A DNA stretch of 64,000 nucleotides from Eledone cirrhosa (taxonomy: Eukaryota): contig OZ024745.1 of assembly GCA_964016885.1 (NCBI GenBank), positions 94,860,001 to 94,924,000 on the forward strand, written 5' to 3'. Made by a program: the position numbers and the translations under genes. The notes beneath the pieces were generated by a model that was not told the origin of the DNA, did no database searches, and saw only the letters and a list, made by a program, of their open reading frames with translations. Of this stretch, positions 1 through 13,656 are shown piece after piece; position 1 is the stretch's first letter, and each line of letters opens with the position of its first letter.

Positions 1-548
1 CAAGGGCCGTAACTCTATGCGTCAAAGCATGGCGTCCGACCCTCTACCGATACTGCCAATCCACAAATAATGATATATAATCTTCATATTACCTCCCTAC
101 TAACCACCACAGGCATTGAGCTGGCTAGCCGTAGGTGTGAGCCTCGCGAGATGGAATGGCTCTTCCTGGGGATCTCTCTTACCATCCTCCAGGGAATATC
201 CATTCTGTCCGCCAGGGCTGTGGGGCGGCCAGCACGTGGGACGCCATTTGCTCATATTACAGAGAGATAGGGAGGGCGACAGAGATGGAGGCAATGGGAG
301 TTCGGACCTCGTATGCAGCGTCAGTTGTCCGTAAGGGGGTAGTGATTCATATGAATGCTTGTGTGTTATGACTCCTAGTTTACTAGAAATGGTAGGTGTA
401 CTAATGTTTGTAGACAGGCATCATAATCTCAAACCCAGCTATCCACACTAATCTTCATATATATTCATTAATATAGATCGTCCTACAACATGCTCTTTGG
501 TGAGATAGCTAAAGCAGATCAATTTAAAAAAAACAAAACAATAATAAT

Positions 549-735
549 AATTGTTTCTACTTTTGGCACAAGCCCAGCAATTAACCAGTACATTACTGGT
601 ACTTTATTTGATCGACCCCGTAAGAATAAAAGGCAAAGTTAACCTCGGCGGGATTTGAACTCAGACCGTAAAGGGACGTAACTATGCTGGAAAGCATTGC
701 ATCCGACTCTCTACCGATACTGCCAATCCACCGCC
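549..735 (-). mobile_element. tRNA-derived SINE, family A (Meta/MESC-like central domain)
   Basis: Minus strand has a degenerate A-box TGGCAGTATCGG, B-box GAGTTCAAATCC and a central GCCTTT..TC.TTACGGGGTCGAT.AAATAAAGTACCAG motif; many near-identical copies in the window. The domain name is from recollection, not a search. Confidence 0.85.
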
Positions 736-750
736 AAAACAATAATAATA

Positions 751-933
751 ATTGTTTCTACTTTAGGCACCAGGCCAGCAAATACTCAGTGCATTACTGG
801 TACTTTATTTTATCGACCCCGTAAGGATGAAAGGCAAAGTCAACCTCGGCGGGATTTTAACTCAGATCGTAAAGGGACGTAACTATGCTGGAAAGCATGG
901 CGTCCGACCCTCTACCGATACTGCTAATCCACC
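751..933 (-). mobile_element. tRNA-derived SINE, family A (tandem second copy; a further partial copy at 1-63)
   Basis: Near-identical to 549-735. Confidence 0.85.
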
Positions 934-1497
934 CACGGTCAAACTCAAATCCACCCTCACACACACACACACACACACATATACATACACACACATACAC
1001 ATTTAGCATGTGTACGTTTATATTTGACATATGATACACTGCATTTTTCAGATTAAGAGATGGACGTGGGACAAGCTTTGTTCAGGTTTATGTCGGTCTG
1101 TCAGAAGAAAACGTCTCTAATTCACCTGAATCTTGAAGCTGAGCTCATGAATGTTATCCAACCATCATGCTTGCAGTCTGCCTCTGGGTCTCCTGTCGGT
1201 TGATTTTGGCTGGAAACTCTGTCCAGCGATTCTTTCTTGGGGCATTTTTGGACAATGTTGTACAATTAAAAATACATCTCTGATACTACATGTTTCTGAA
1301 TACATAGACCTGTCTCCGCCTTGAAAACCGCCGCTAATGCAGATTTATCTCAAAATGTTAATATAAATATACACAACTTCCCTATTTTCTGTTGATTGCT
1401 TTGTCTTTCGTTTATATCCATCTGTGTAGGTATACACAGACACACACTCACATACATACACACACACATATATGAATACATATACATAAACACATAC

Positions 1498-1535
<38 letters not shown>

Positions 1536-1618
1536 AGGTGAGTTTTATTGTAGTACAATAAAGCAATGCAGATATCGGATAAGAAGCACTCTACAATGTG
1601 TAGGACTGGAGTATAAAT

Positions 1619-1950
1619 AATATATAAGATCAAAAAATGGTTAAAAGAGTTCTATGTATTTTATTATGCGCATTTCAAAAACAAATATCATCATGCAATA
1701 ACATTTGTGTTTTCGTCAGATAAAATAGGAAGACATGGTATGAAGGTTAAAATACACTTGTGAATAGTGCAGTTTTAAATCAATGATATGTTGATTTAAA
1801 ACTGCACTATTCACAAGTGTATTTTAACCTTCATATCATGTCTTCCTATTTTATCTGACGAAAACACAAATGTTATTGCATGATGATATTTGTTTTTTGA
1901 AATGCGCATAATAAAATACATGGAACTCTTTTAACCATCTTTTGATCTTA

Positions 1951-1955
<5 letters not shown>
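1619..1955. repeat. ~165-bp-arm fold-back of a PLE pseudo-LTR fragment, in (TA)n
   Basis: 1619-1783 is the reverse complement of 1791-1955 with few mismatches; each arm contains an HHR. Confidence 0.9.
1847..1918 (+). ncRNA. type I hammerhead ribozyme (antisense copy at 1657-1727, -)
   Basis: Stem I UAUUUUAU/AUAAAAUA; CUGACGA (1855); stem II hairpin; GAAA (1899); palindromic stem III U-GCGC-A; AUA cleavage triplet. Confidence 0.85.
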
Positions 1956-2040
<85 letters not shown>

Positions 2041-2043
<3 letters not shown>

Positions 2044-2740
2044 CGAGTGTTTTGCTGCACATTCCTAATTGTATATCGTTAGCTTGGCCACACCCAAAAC
2101 TTCGATTTTACTAAACTTCCATTTGTATTTTTATCTCCTAGACCTAATGATTAATTAATTAATTTAATTAGACAATTCTATTGATTGGTAAATTATTTAT
2201 GTTTGTTTAATAACGTCTAGTCGAGAGCTTTATTCGGTTTGTGGAATCAATTCCTTTGTTCACACTTTGCATTTGCCCGCCAAAAACCGGGGGTTACTTC
2301 CCTTATTGGGGAAGAAGCACGTGATAGTGACTAATACCATCGGCAGTGGTTTACTGCCACACTTCAGACCGATTCGAGCACAGAACGGAAACCTGTTGAT
2401 AACGTGAGTCCACAGTTCGGTCATCGAACGCCACAAACTTGCATACTGCGCAAGTAGGATTGTTGATTTTGGTTTTCATAGAAACCTATCGGAGGTATTG
2501 CTTAATATCGCTCGAGATGGTCCAAGTTTTTTTTATCAAGACCTGATTGGTTTTTTTCGTTGCTTTGGTATCATGTGGCTGGGCTCGCCTGTCGCAGTTT
2601 TCAATTTGTCAAGATATCTAACGTATGTTATTACTCTAAGGTGAAATAACCTTATCGTGTGCTTTGCAGCACATTACTAATTGTATATCATTAGCTTGGC
2701 CACAGCCAAAACTTCGATTTTACTAAACTTCCATTTGTAT
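2041..2740 (+). mobile_element. ORF-less retrozyme-like unit: 612-nt monomer plus 88-nt terminal direct repeat, in (TA)n
   Basis: 2041-2128 repeats at 2653-2740; internal HHR at 2389-2529; related tail on the minus strand at ~3405-3510. Confidence 0.7.
2389..2529 (+). ncRNA. variant hammerhead ribozyme (U3-A8 core, long stems II and III)
   Basis: Stem I AAACCUG/CAAGUUU (1 mismatch); UUGAUAA (2396); stem II GUGAG/UUCAU; GAAA (2481); extended stem III ACC.../...GGU; GUC at 2520-2522. Confidence 0.65.
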
Positions 2741-2764
2741 ATATATATATATATATATATATTT

Positions 2765-3374
2765 ATTAGTATACTTCAATCTGGCTAAATTTTTCTTTTG
2801 CAATATATATACAGATGTGTTGGTATCTGTGTTTCATCACATACATATTAATTTATACACTGCTCAGGGGGTATTTTCCTCCTTCGAGCTGATTCCATTG
2901 TAAAAGAATTCATTACCTTATTAATTTTAACTGCTCCTAGTTTGAGCTGCAAGCCGCCTCATATATACGACTGTTATTTCTAGCAGTACGGTTATGAGAC
3001 TAGTTAGATACTGTAAAACCATGTGCGTCACGCAGTCTTTTAAATTATTTAGAAGTGAAGCATATCAATTTGTCTCTGGATGTTTACTGAGGAGGGCAGG
3101 ATATGATATTCCTACACTTATTTAACTCGAAACATATTTGGATCTTAAAGTTTAAACTTATCTACGGAACAGGTTTGATTTTGAAATTTAAATGTTTCTA
3201 AACATCACGGCCTCTTGGCAATACAGTTCGTCTTCGTTGATTTATTATTTTAAATCGATATGGACAAACTGTAGTATAATAATTAGTATACTTCAATCTG
3301 GCTAAATTTTTCTTTTGCAATATATATACAGATGTGTTGGTATCTGTGTTTCATCACATACATATTAATTTATA
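2765..3374 (+). mobile_element. second ORF-less retrozyme-like unit: 517-nt monomer plus ~92-nt direct repeat
   Basis: 2765-2857 is identical by eye to 3282-3374; internal HHR-like motif 3079-3206 (GAUGUUUA-CUGAGGA...CUC-GAAA-CAU...AUGUUUC-UAAACAUC); flanked by (TA)n. Confidence 0.65.
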
Positions 3375-3534
3375 TATATATATATATATATATATGTGTA
3401 TATATATACAAATTTTAGTACAACATTAACGAAGCTTTAGTTCGCGGCCAAGCTAACGAATGCAAATTCGGTATGTAGCTTTAGCACTCGGATGGGGAAA
3501 AGTACCCCAGATTAATAACAATACGTTTAGACAG

Positions 3535-3587
<53 letters not shown>

Positions 3588-3727
3588 GTTAAACAATATT
3601 CAATGATTATGTCAAAGAATGAGTTTTACAGTAGATTAGAAGCACTCAACGGTTAAAAAAGAATTTTCTGGAGTTATTAATATTAAAATATAAGTATTAA
3701 TAAAATAGATGTTCTTTTGATCAATTA

Positions 3728-3782
3728 CATTTTATTATACATATTTCGGATGTACAACAGTACGTCCTCATCAGACAAAATA
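3728..3782 (-). ncRNA. type I hammerhead ribozyme in a PLE pseudo-LTR fragment (~3583-3860)
   Basis: Minus strand reads UAUUUUGU-CUGAUGA-GGACGUAC-UGUU-GUACAUCC-GAAA-UAUGUA-UA-AUAAAAUG. Confidence 0.88.
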
Positions 3783-3857
3783 TAATGATACATGACATAC
3801 CCCGAGATGTTAAATGGTTAAGATTTAATCAAGGTAGATTAATCTACCTTGATTAAA

Positions 3858-4021
<164 letters not shown>

Positions 4022-4215
4022 GATAAATCTACCAAGAGTTTACGGTAGTGTCCAATCCGTATGAAGAACTCAATGTAATCCGGATATCATGGAAAGAAGA
4101 GATGCAATGAAAAATCCCTTTCGGTGAAAGATAAACGGAATACAGAGTCAAGATAAAATATTAAAAAAATAATGAATAAAACAATGAAACAGTTCCTTAT
4201 ATTAAACAAAAAAAG

Positions 4216-4369
4216 TTCATTATTTAACGATCGTTTCTGGGATATATATGTATTAGAATTGGCATGTATATTTAACAGATCTATGTACAAAATTATACAA
4301 AATTATACAAACTATCAAAATTAAATATACATACCAACTCATATATATGCCGTCTTCAGAAATAATGAA
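4216..4369 (-). ncRNA. hammerhead ribozyme with ~115-nt stem II (inverted copy at 13008-13161, +, with G16.2>A)
   Basis: 10-bp stem I UUCAUUAUUU/AAAUAAUGAA; CUGAAGA; long stem II with CAUAUAUAUG and AGUUGGUAUGUAUAUUUAA/UUAAAUAUACAUGCCAAUU pairing; GAAA-C-GAUC-G-UU. Confidence 0.8.
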
Positions 4370-4967
4370 ATATATTTATTGATAATAACAACAATTCAAA
4401 ATTACAGGTCTGTTTGGGAACAGAGTTCAAATTGACCAATGGAAACACCAAAAGTTTATACAGTTAGGTGTGTGTATATATGTAAGTAACTTCGTTCACA
4501 GATATGCATAAAAATGCATGTTCACATGCATACGCATGCCGAAAAGATGTATGTAAATACAAAAATTCAGGGCTAATGTCTCTGTATGTTTATAATCTAC
4601 AGATAAAATACATATACGCATATAAACTTATAAATATAAAAATAAATATATACACATTCATATACTCACACATATACATACATTCACACACACACGCGCA
4701 TATACGCATAAACATACACACAACCACGAACATACATACACACACACACACTCCCACACACATATATGTGTATATACTATTATCATAAGCATATGGACAT
4801 TAATGCGCGCACATAAACACTGCCACACATATTTAGATCCATATACAGAAAGTAGGTGGGGGGGGGGGGGAAGAGGTCAGTATTTACTGGTGTCAGCAAA
4901 CTGCCTATTTATAAATGTATCTATAAATTTAGAAATAAAAAGAAAAAGAAGAAAGAAAAATATTAAG

Positions 4968-5004
<37 letters not shown>

Positions 5005-5030
5005 AAGTTAAATATAAAATATACATCGAT

Positions 5031-5109
<79 letters not shown>

Positions 5110-5257
5110 CATATACATACATATATACATAAACACATACATACACATACATATACATACACACACCATATATATACACATACACATACACACACGCGCA
5201 TACATATAGAGACACATACATATACACATATAAATACATAGACATATACATATATAT

Positions 5258-5297
<40 letters not shown>

Positions 5298-5316
5298 ATA
5301 TATACATACATTCACA

Positions 5317-5380
<64 letters not shown>

Positions 5381-5428
5381 ATAAATACACTCATGTATAT
5401 ACACATATACACATACATACCCACACAT

Positions 5429-5475
<47 letters not shown>

Positions 5476-5476
5476 C

Positions 5477-5517
<41 letters not shown>

Positions 5518-5584
5518 TACACACACACATGTACACATACACATATACAAAGATATATATATACATACACACACGTATATAATA

Positions 5585-5666
<82 letters not shown>

Positions 5667-6199
5667 TATATACACATACATACATATATATACTCATACA
5701 TAGACATACATATATACACACACACATACACACATACATATACGCATATATACACATACATACACATCCATGTATGCGTATACACATACAAACACAACCA
5801 CACGCTCACACAACTCAGACATACATAAATAAAGGGATATACATACAATATATACTTATATAAATAGAGATGTATATACACATATAAATATATACACACA
5901 TACACACACACACACACATATACATACACATACATACATACATACATATACATACACACACACATATATATACATATATATATATATATATACATATATA
6001 TACACATATATATAAAAAAATAAAGAAATAAAAAAATAAAAGAAATAAATAAATAAATAAATTAATACACCCAGTCAGACAAATATGCACACACATACAT
6101 ATATATATATATACATATACATATATATATATATATACACACATATATATATACATACATATACATACATATATATATATACTCATACACACATCAACT

Positions 6200-6253
<54 letters not shown>

Positions 6254-6372
6254 TCACATATACATGCACATATACGTACATATATACACATACACACATA
6301 TACACATAGACGTATACATGCGCATACATATACATACACACATATACCCACATAAATACATAGATACATATA

Positions 6373-6417
<45 letters not shown>

Positions 6418-7107
6418 ATACAATCATACACCCTTATTTACATGCGCACATATGTATTTTTATACTCACATACAAACACCCAAACATACATACCTACCTA
6501 CATATACATACATACATCCACGCTTACAAATACAAATAATAATAGGGGGGGGGGAGAAAGGGGGGGGGGGGTTATAGTAAATATAGGTTTCAAGAAACAT
6601 AGAATATTAATCTGCATTTAGATCATAATATGTGTTTACATAGTAGTTTCAGTATTAGGAAATGTAAGAAAGAAGGCAAAATTATGCATTTTAATATAAG
6701 TAGACTATTAATTATAGGTTAACTAAATTAAAGATAGTTAATATATTGATTTCTAAGGTGTATACTACTTAGGTTTATAATATTTGAAGCGGAATTTTGA
6801 AGTTAAATAGTAGTAGAGCATTAATTATAGTATAACTAAATTAAAATTATTAACGTTATGGTATCAATATTAGGAAATGAATTTAGTAATAGGGAAAAAA
6901 ACCAAATAAAGTATTACATCGGTAGTAGAATATAAATTATAGGTTAACTAAATTAAAAATTATATATTAATTTCTATAGTATATGTTAATTAGGTTTATA
7001 ATAATTAAAACAGATATTGTATTTTATCTATAGTAGAATATAAATATAGGTAAACAAAAATTAAAATTAATATATACACACATATATATTCATATATATA
7101 TACATAT

Positions 7108-7150
<43 letters not shown>

Positions 7151-7639
7151 CACAGACACATACACATATATATACATATTTTTTCAAAAATTGCAAAGAA
7201 TATATTAACTAGGTATACATCTAAAACCTATCTCAGTCTATGATTACATGACACTCTGCAATCCATCTGTATTAGGATTTTAATTTTAAGCCAATTAAAT
7301 TAAATTTTTAGGTTAACCAAATTAAAACCAAATTATAAATATATTTCTAAATTCTACATTAATTAGGTCTATAATATTAAAAAATATTTCTCTGTCATTG
7401 AATACACGATATTTTGTTATATTTTATCTGTAAAGGAATTTTAATAAAAGGTTAAATAAATTAAAATTAATCTATAAATTAATTTACAAAGTATATATTA
7501 GTAATATTTAAAAGTTTTTCACAATTTATGATTACACAATATTTTATAATCTCATCTGTAGTAGAATTTTAATTAAATTAAATTTATAGGTTAACTAACA
7601 TTTAAATTAAATTATATATTAATATCTAAAATAATGTTA

Positions 7640-10081
7640 TTAATTAGGTTTATAATATTTAAATGTTTTTCTTAGTTTATGATTACACGATATAATTAAT
7701 TCCTGTCGTTTATTTAATAGGATATCCTTAGATTTCATTATTTCAAATAGTTCTTGGGAACATAATCTACATTCATTTCTATTATTTTGATAAGGGGTGG
7801 CTCTTTTGAGCACACTCCAGGTCATATCATATTCTATATTCTTATTTTTATAACTATTGATTTTTTCTGCTAGAGATGTTGTATTAGCCAATGCGGCATT
7901 TTTAAAACTATGTTTGTGGGTATTAAACCTTACCTTAAAATTGTTAGAAGTAGCTCCTATATATGAGCAAATAGAATTTTTAGTTTTAACATTACATTTA
8001 TAAACTATGTTGTTAACAAGACAATTTCCTTTTAATGGGCAGTTTGCTTTGTTTCTACAGTTACAATCTTTCGTTAATTCTGTATTTGAGGAGATATTAT
8101 GGTTAGTTTGATGTATTGGTGGTATACTTATGGTATTCTTACATTTATATGCATTATAGGCACTTATATTTTGTTTTATGTTATTGGTTGTTGAGTATGA
8201 GAATTTAACTGTAGACCTATTTAAGATTTGATGGTATTTGTGGTTTGGCGGGAAGTTTTTCTCTAGGATATAAAAACATTTTTTAGCAATATTATCCTTA
8301 ATTTGTAAATTAAATGGAGCATTATACCAAGTAACTCGTCTATTACGGTTTCTATGTTGTTTATTATTTTTATAGGTTGTATCGTGATGTTTACTAGGAG
8401 GATTAATGTTAATGATCTCACCACGCACATTTTTAGTTAGATTTATAGATTTAGGTGTTTTATCTTGTTTATTAGGAGTTTTATTATTAACATTTATTAG
8501 AGTTGTATGATGAGTAGTTTTTTGAGAGTTACTATACTTTATATTAGAAGAGTTGTTGGTATTTTGGGGTATAGTGTGGGTGGCATTTAGGTGTGTACTT
8601 TTCATTTGGTGTTTGTTGGTAATATTAGGTTGTATGTTTATAGTATTTTTATTTTTAGTAGAAGGTATATATTCTAATCTATTTTTGTGGCCACTTCTAT
8701 CTAGAGCTTCATTATAGAAGGTCGCATTTTTATCAAATACATCTTGGTTAGAAGAAAGGTTAGAAATTCTAAGTGATATATTATATGCAAGGTTTTTAAG
8801 GATAGATTTAGGGTGATTAGATTGTGAGTGTATGTAGTGTAAGTTTTGGTTGGGTTTATGGTAAGGTTGGTAGATACCCGTAGCTAAGTCTAAAGTTATA
8901 TCTAGGAAATTTACTACTTTACTTGTTTTTTCAAAAGTAATATGAAGACTATAATAGTCTTTAAGGAAAGTTCTAATATGCTTTTTGTTTTTTTCTATTT
9001 CTGAAAGGCTAAGGTTGTTGGAAAGAAGAAGACAGTCATCACGATATAAACCACCTTTAAGGTGGGGAAAGGAGGCATTTATGTTGAAAAGGAGAAAGAG
9101 GCCCACAAGATCAGTAATTTGGGCGGAATCGCTTGAACCCATAGTAATATCAAATAGATTACTATATGTGTTTCTGGTCCAGTATTCATTCTGAAATTCA
9201 ATAAGTGTTAGTCTAGCATGTGTAATAATATTAATGTCATCCAAAGTTAAGTTAGATCTATTTTTAGCAAATATCAATGCTTTGTTCAGGAGTATAGGTG
9301 ATATAGAAGAATAGTAATTATCTATATCAAATTGTAGAAATGAAGCAGAAGATTTACATCTAATATTTTTAAACCAGTTAATTACCTGGGAAGTGTTTTC
9401 CCAGAGTGGTAAATTAACGTGTTTTCTTATTTGTGGGATGACTCTATCCAAAATTTTTTTGCTAATTATTCCAATATCAGATTTGGAGGGACATATAAGT
9501 CTTATAGAAGGATTTGAGTTAAAGTTTGATTTATGATCCTTCAGGTTGAAGTGTGGTCTTTTCAATGCCAAAGGTTCAGTTCTATCTTCAATGTTTAGTT
9601 TTTTTACTATGTTGTGTGTTTTGTTGTTGATGTTGGTGAGTGACGCATTATTAGATTTTTTATAATTTTTCCTGAGTTCTTTATATATGAACTCATTATA
9701 ATCTTCAATATCCATGTGATACAAGTTACCAGTTTTGTCCGAGTGGACATGGATTTTTTTAGACTTTTTTAGGTCCAATAGGGTAGAATCAAGGTCCTTT
9801 TGAAAGACAGATTTATACTTCTTAAATTTGAGGTGTTTAATTAAATTAAAAAGGTCTTTCTCAAAGTCTTCAAGTAAAGAGTTGTGTGGTGGATTCTTGT
9901 AAGTATTGAAATCATACGTATATTTCCTATCTGCATATTTAGATTTTTTATCGAAGTGGTAGGCCCTCCATCTAACTCATCTGATAAATTGGTTGGTTTT
10001 TTGAATCATAAGGAGTAAGAAGTCATCCTTAGAAGGTATTGGTATATTCTTTAAAGAGGTTCCCAAATATTGTTTTTCCAT
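7640..10081 (-). pseudogene. PLE reverse transcriptase + C-terminal GIY-YIG endonuclease, ~813 codons with one premature TGA at 9977-9979
   Basis: In-frame ATG at 10081 (MEKQYLGTSLKNIPIPS...FIR*VRWRAYHF) continues into the 712-aa ORF. Motifs: SDKTGN, FDIDNYY, MGS, YRDD, FLDITL, WYNAPF, CNCxxxxxCPL linker, IVY...YIGAT...R endonuclease. Confidence 0.92.
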
Positions 10082-10997
10082 TGTGATATGGATGATGGAC
10101 AATTGAAAGAGCTCAACTAACTGTATATGGGTTTACAAAATCATACATATATATGTATATACATAAATATAAAATTAACACACACATACAGTACAAAAAT
10201 ACGAATATTTCCGTGAAAATAGGAGCAAAATTATGTAGATAAATCTACCAAGAGTTTACGGTAGTGTCCAATCCGTATGAAGAACTCAATGTAATCCGGA
10301 TATCATGGAAAGAAGAGATGCAATGAAAAATCCCAATGAAAAGTCAAGATAAAATATTAAAAAAATAATGAATAAAACAATTATATTCTACTATAGATAA
10401 AATACAATATCTGTTTTAATTATTATAAACCTAATTAACACATACTATAGAAATTAATATATAATTTTTAATTTAGTTAACCTATAATTTATATTCTACT
10501 ACCGATGTAATACTTTATTTGGTTTTTTTCCCTATTACTAAATTCATTTCCTAATATTGATACCATAACGTTAATAATTTTAATTTAGTTATACTATAAT
10601 TAATACTCTACTACTATTTAACTTCAAAATTCCGCTTCAAATATTATAAACCTAAGTAGTATACACCTTAGAAATCAATATATTAACTATCTTTAATTTA
10701 GTTAACCTATAATTAATAGTCTACTTATATTAAAATGCATAATTTTGCCTTCTTTCTTACATTTCCTAATACTGAAACTACTATGTAAACACATATTATG
10801 ATCTAAATGCAGATTAATATTCTATGTTTCTTGAAACCTATATTTACTATAATCCCCCCCCCCTTTCTCCCCCCCCCTATTATTATTTGTATTTGTAAGC
10901 GTGGATGTATGTATATGTAGGTAGGTATGTATGTTTGGGTGTTTGTATGTGAGTATAAAAATACATATGTGCGCATGTAAATAAGGGTGTATGATTG

Positions 10998-11083
<86 letters not shown>

Positions 11084-11280
11084 GTATCTATGTATTTATG
11101 TGGGTATATGTGTGTATGTATATGTATGCGCATGTATACGTCTATGTGTATATGTGTGTATGTGTATATATGTACGTATATGTGCATGTATATGTGGTGT
11201 GTGTATATATATATATATATATATTTGTAGTTGATGTGTGTATGAGTATATATATATATGTATGTATATGTATGTATATA

Positions 11281-11313
<33 letters not shown>

Positions 11314-11744
11314 GTGTATATGTATATATATATATATGTATGTGTGTGCATATTTGTCTGACTGGGTGTATTAATTAATTTATTTATTTATTTATTTTAT
11401 TTTTTTATTTCTTTATTTTTTTATATATATGTGTATATATATGTATATATATGTGTGTGTGTATGTATATGTATGTATGTATGTGTATGTATATGTGTGT
11501 GTGTGTGTATGTGTGTATATATTTATATGTGTATATACATCTCTATTTATATATGTACATATGTGTATGTATATCCCTTTATTTATGTATGTCTGAGTTG
11601 TGTGAGCGTGTGGTTGTGTTTGTATGTGTATACGCATACATGGATGTGTATGTATGTGTATATATGCGTATATGTATGTGTGTATGTGTGTGTGTATATA
11701 TGTATGTCTATGTATGAGTATATATATGTATGTATGTGTATATA

Positions 11745-11794
<50 letters not shown>

Positions 11795-11858
11795 TATTAT
11801 ATACGTGTGTGTATGTATATATATATCTTTGTATATGTGTATGTGTACATGTGTGTGT

Positions 11859-11898
<40 letters not shown>

Positions 11899-11899
11899 G

Positions 11900-11930
<31 letters not shown>

Positions 11931-11992
11931 GTATGTGTGGGTATGTATGTGTATATGTGTATATACATGAGTGTATTTATGTATGTGTGTAT

Positions 11993-12046
<54 letters not shown>

Positions 12047-12065
12047 TGTGAATGTATGTATATAT

Positions 12066-12117
<52 letters not shown>

Positions 12118-12263
12118 ATATATGTATATGTCTATGTATTTATATGTGTATATGTATGTGTCTCTATATGTATGCGCGTGTGTGTATGTGTATGTGTATA
12201 TATATGGTGTGTGTATGTATATGTATGTGTATGTATGTGTTTATGTATATATGTATGTATATG

Positions 12264-12344
<81 letters not shown>

Positions 12345-12373
12345 ATCGATGCATATTTTATATTTTACTTGTT

Positions 12374-12410
<37 letters not shown>

Positions 12411-13215
12411 ATATTTTCTTAATATTATTCTTTTTTCTTTTTCTTTTTATTTCTAAATTTATAGATACATTTATAAATAGGCAGTTTGCTGACACCAGTA
12501 AATACTGACCTCTCCCCCCCCACCTACTTTCTGTATCTGGATATAAATATGTGTGGCAGTGTTTATGTGCGCGCATTAATGTCCATATGCTTATGATATT
12601 AGTATATACACATATATGTGTGTGGGAGTGTGTGTGTGTATGTATGTTCGTGGTTGTGTGTATGTTTATGCGTATATGCGCGTGTGTGTGTGAATGTATG
12701 TATATGTGTGAGTATATGAATGTGTATATATTTATTTTTATATTTATATGTTTATATGCGTATATGTATTTTATCTGTAGATTATAAACATACAGAGACA
12801 TTAGCCCTGAATTTTTGTAGTTACATACATCTTTTCGGCATGTGTATGCATGTGAACATGTATTTTTATGCATATCTGTGAACGAAGTTACTTACATATA
12901 TACACACACCTAACTGTATAAACTTTTTGTGTTTCCATTGGTCAATTTGAACTCTGTTCCCAAACAGACCTGTAATTTTGAATTGTTGTTATGATCAATA
13001 AATATATTTCATTATTTCTGAAGACGGCATATATATGAGTTGGTATGTATATTTAATTTTGATAGTTTGTATAATTTTGTATAATTTTGTACATAGATCT
13101 GTTAAATATACATGCCAATTCTAACACATATATATCCAAGAAACGATCATTAAATAATGAACTTTTTTTGTTTAATATAAGGAACTGTTTCATTGTTTTA
13201 TTCATTATTTTTTTA

Positions 13216-13276
<61 letters not shown>

Positions 13277-13278
<2 letters not shown>

Positions 13279-13587
13279 GATATTAAATAAATGGAAACTA
13301 TATTTATAAAACCATATTTATTTCATTATATATATTTCAGGGATATCATATTAACAATATGTTATGCCTTCTTCAGACAAAATACAATATAGACAGTTTT
13401 ATAGATAAATAGATTATCGTGGTCGATATGCGTAGCATATTATGTTTTTATTTTTATTATTTTAATATTTAATAATATTTTTTAATATTTTTAATATTTT
13501 TAATATTATTATTTTTAATATTTTTAATATTTTTATTTTTTTATTTTTAATATGTAATATTTTTTAGTTTTCTATTTTATTTATTTG

Positions 13588-13656
<69 letters not shown>

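Noticed and set aside
100-340. HDV-like ribozyme around GCG-UCCCACG-UGC (minus strand)
   Set aside because: I could not build P1 and P2 pairings, and the loop register does not match.
549-735. tRNA gene
   Set aside because: Pol III boxes belong to a multi-copy SINE head; no cloverleaf.
9977-9979. In-frame TGA as selenocysteine (known in some Naiad PLEs)
   Set aside because: The context FIR*VRW fits an Arg CGA>TGA CpG transition rather than a Cys position; no SECIS recognised; the endonuclease is C-terminal, unlike Naiads.
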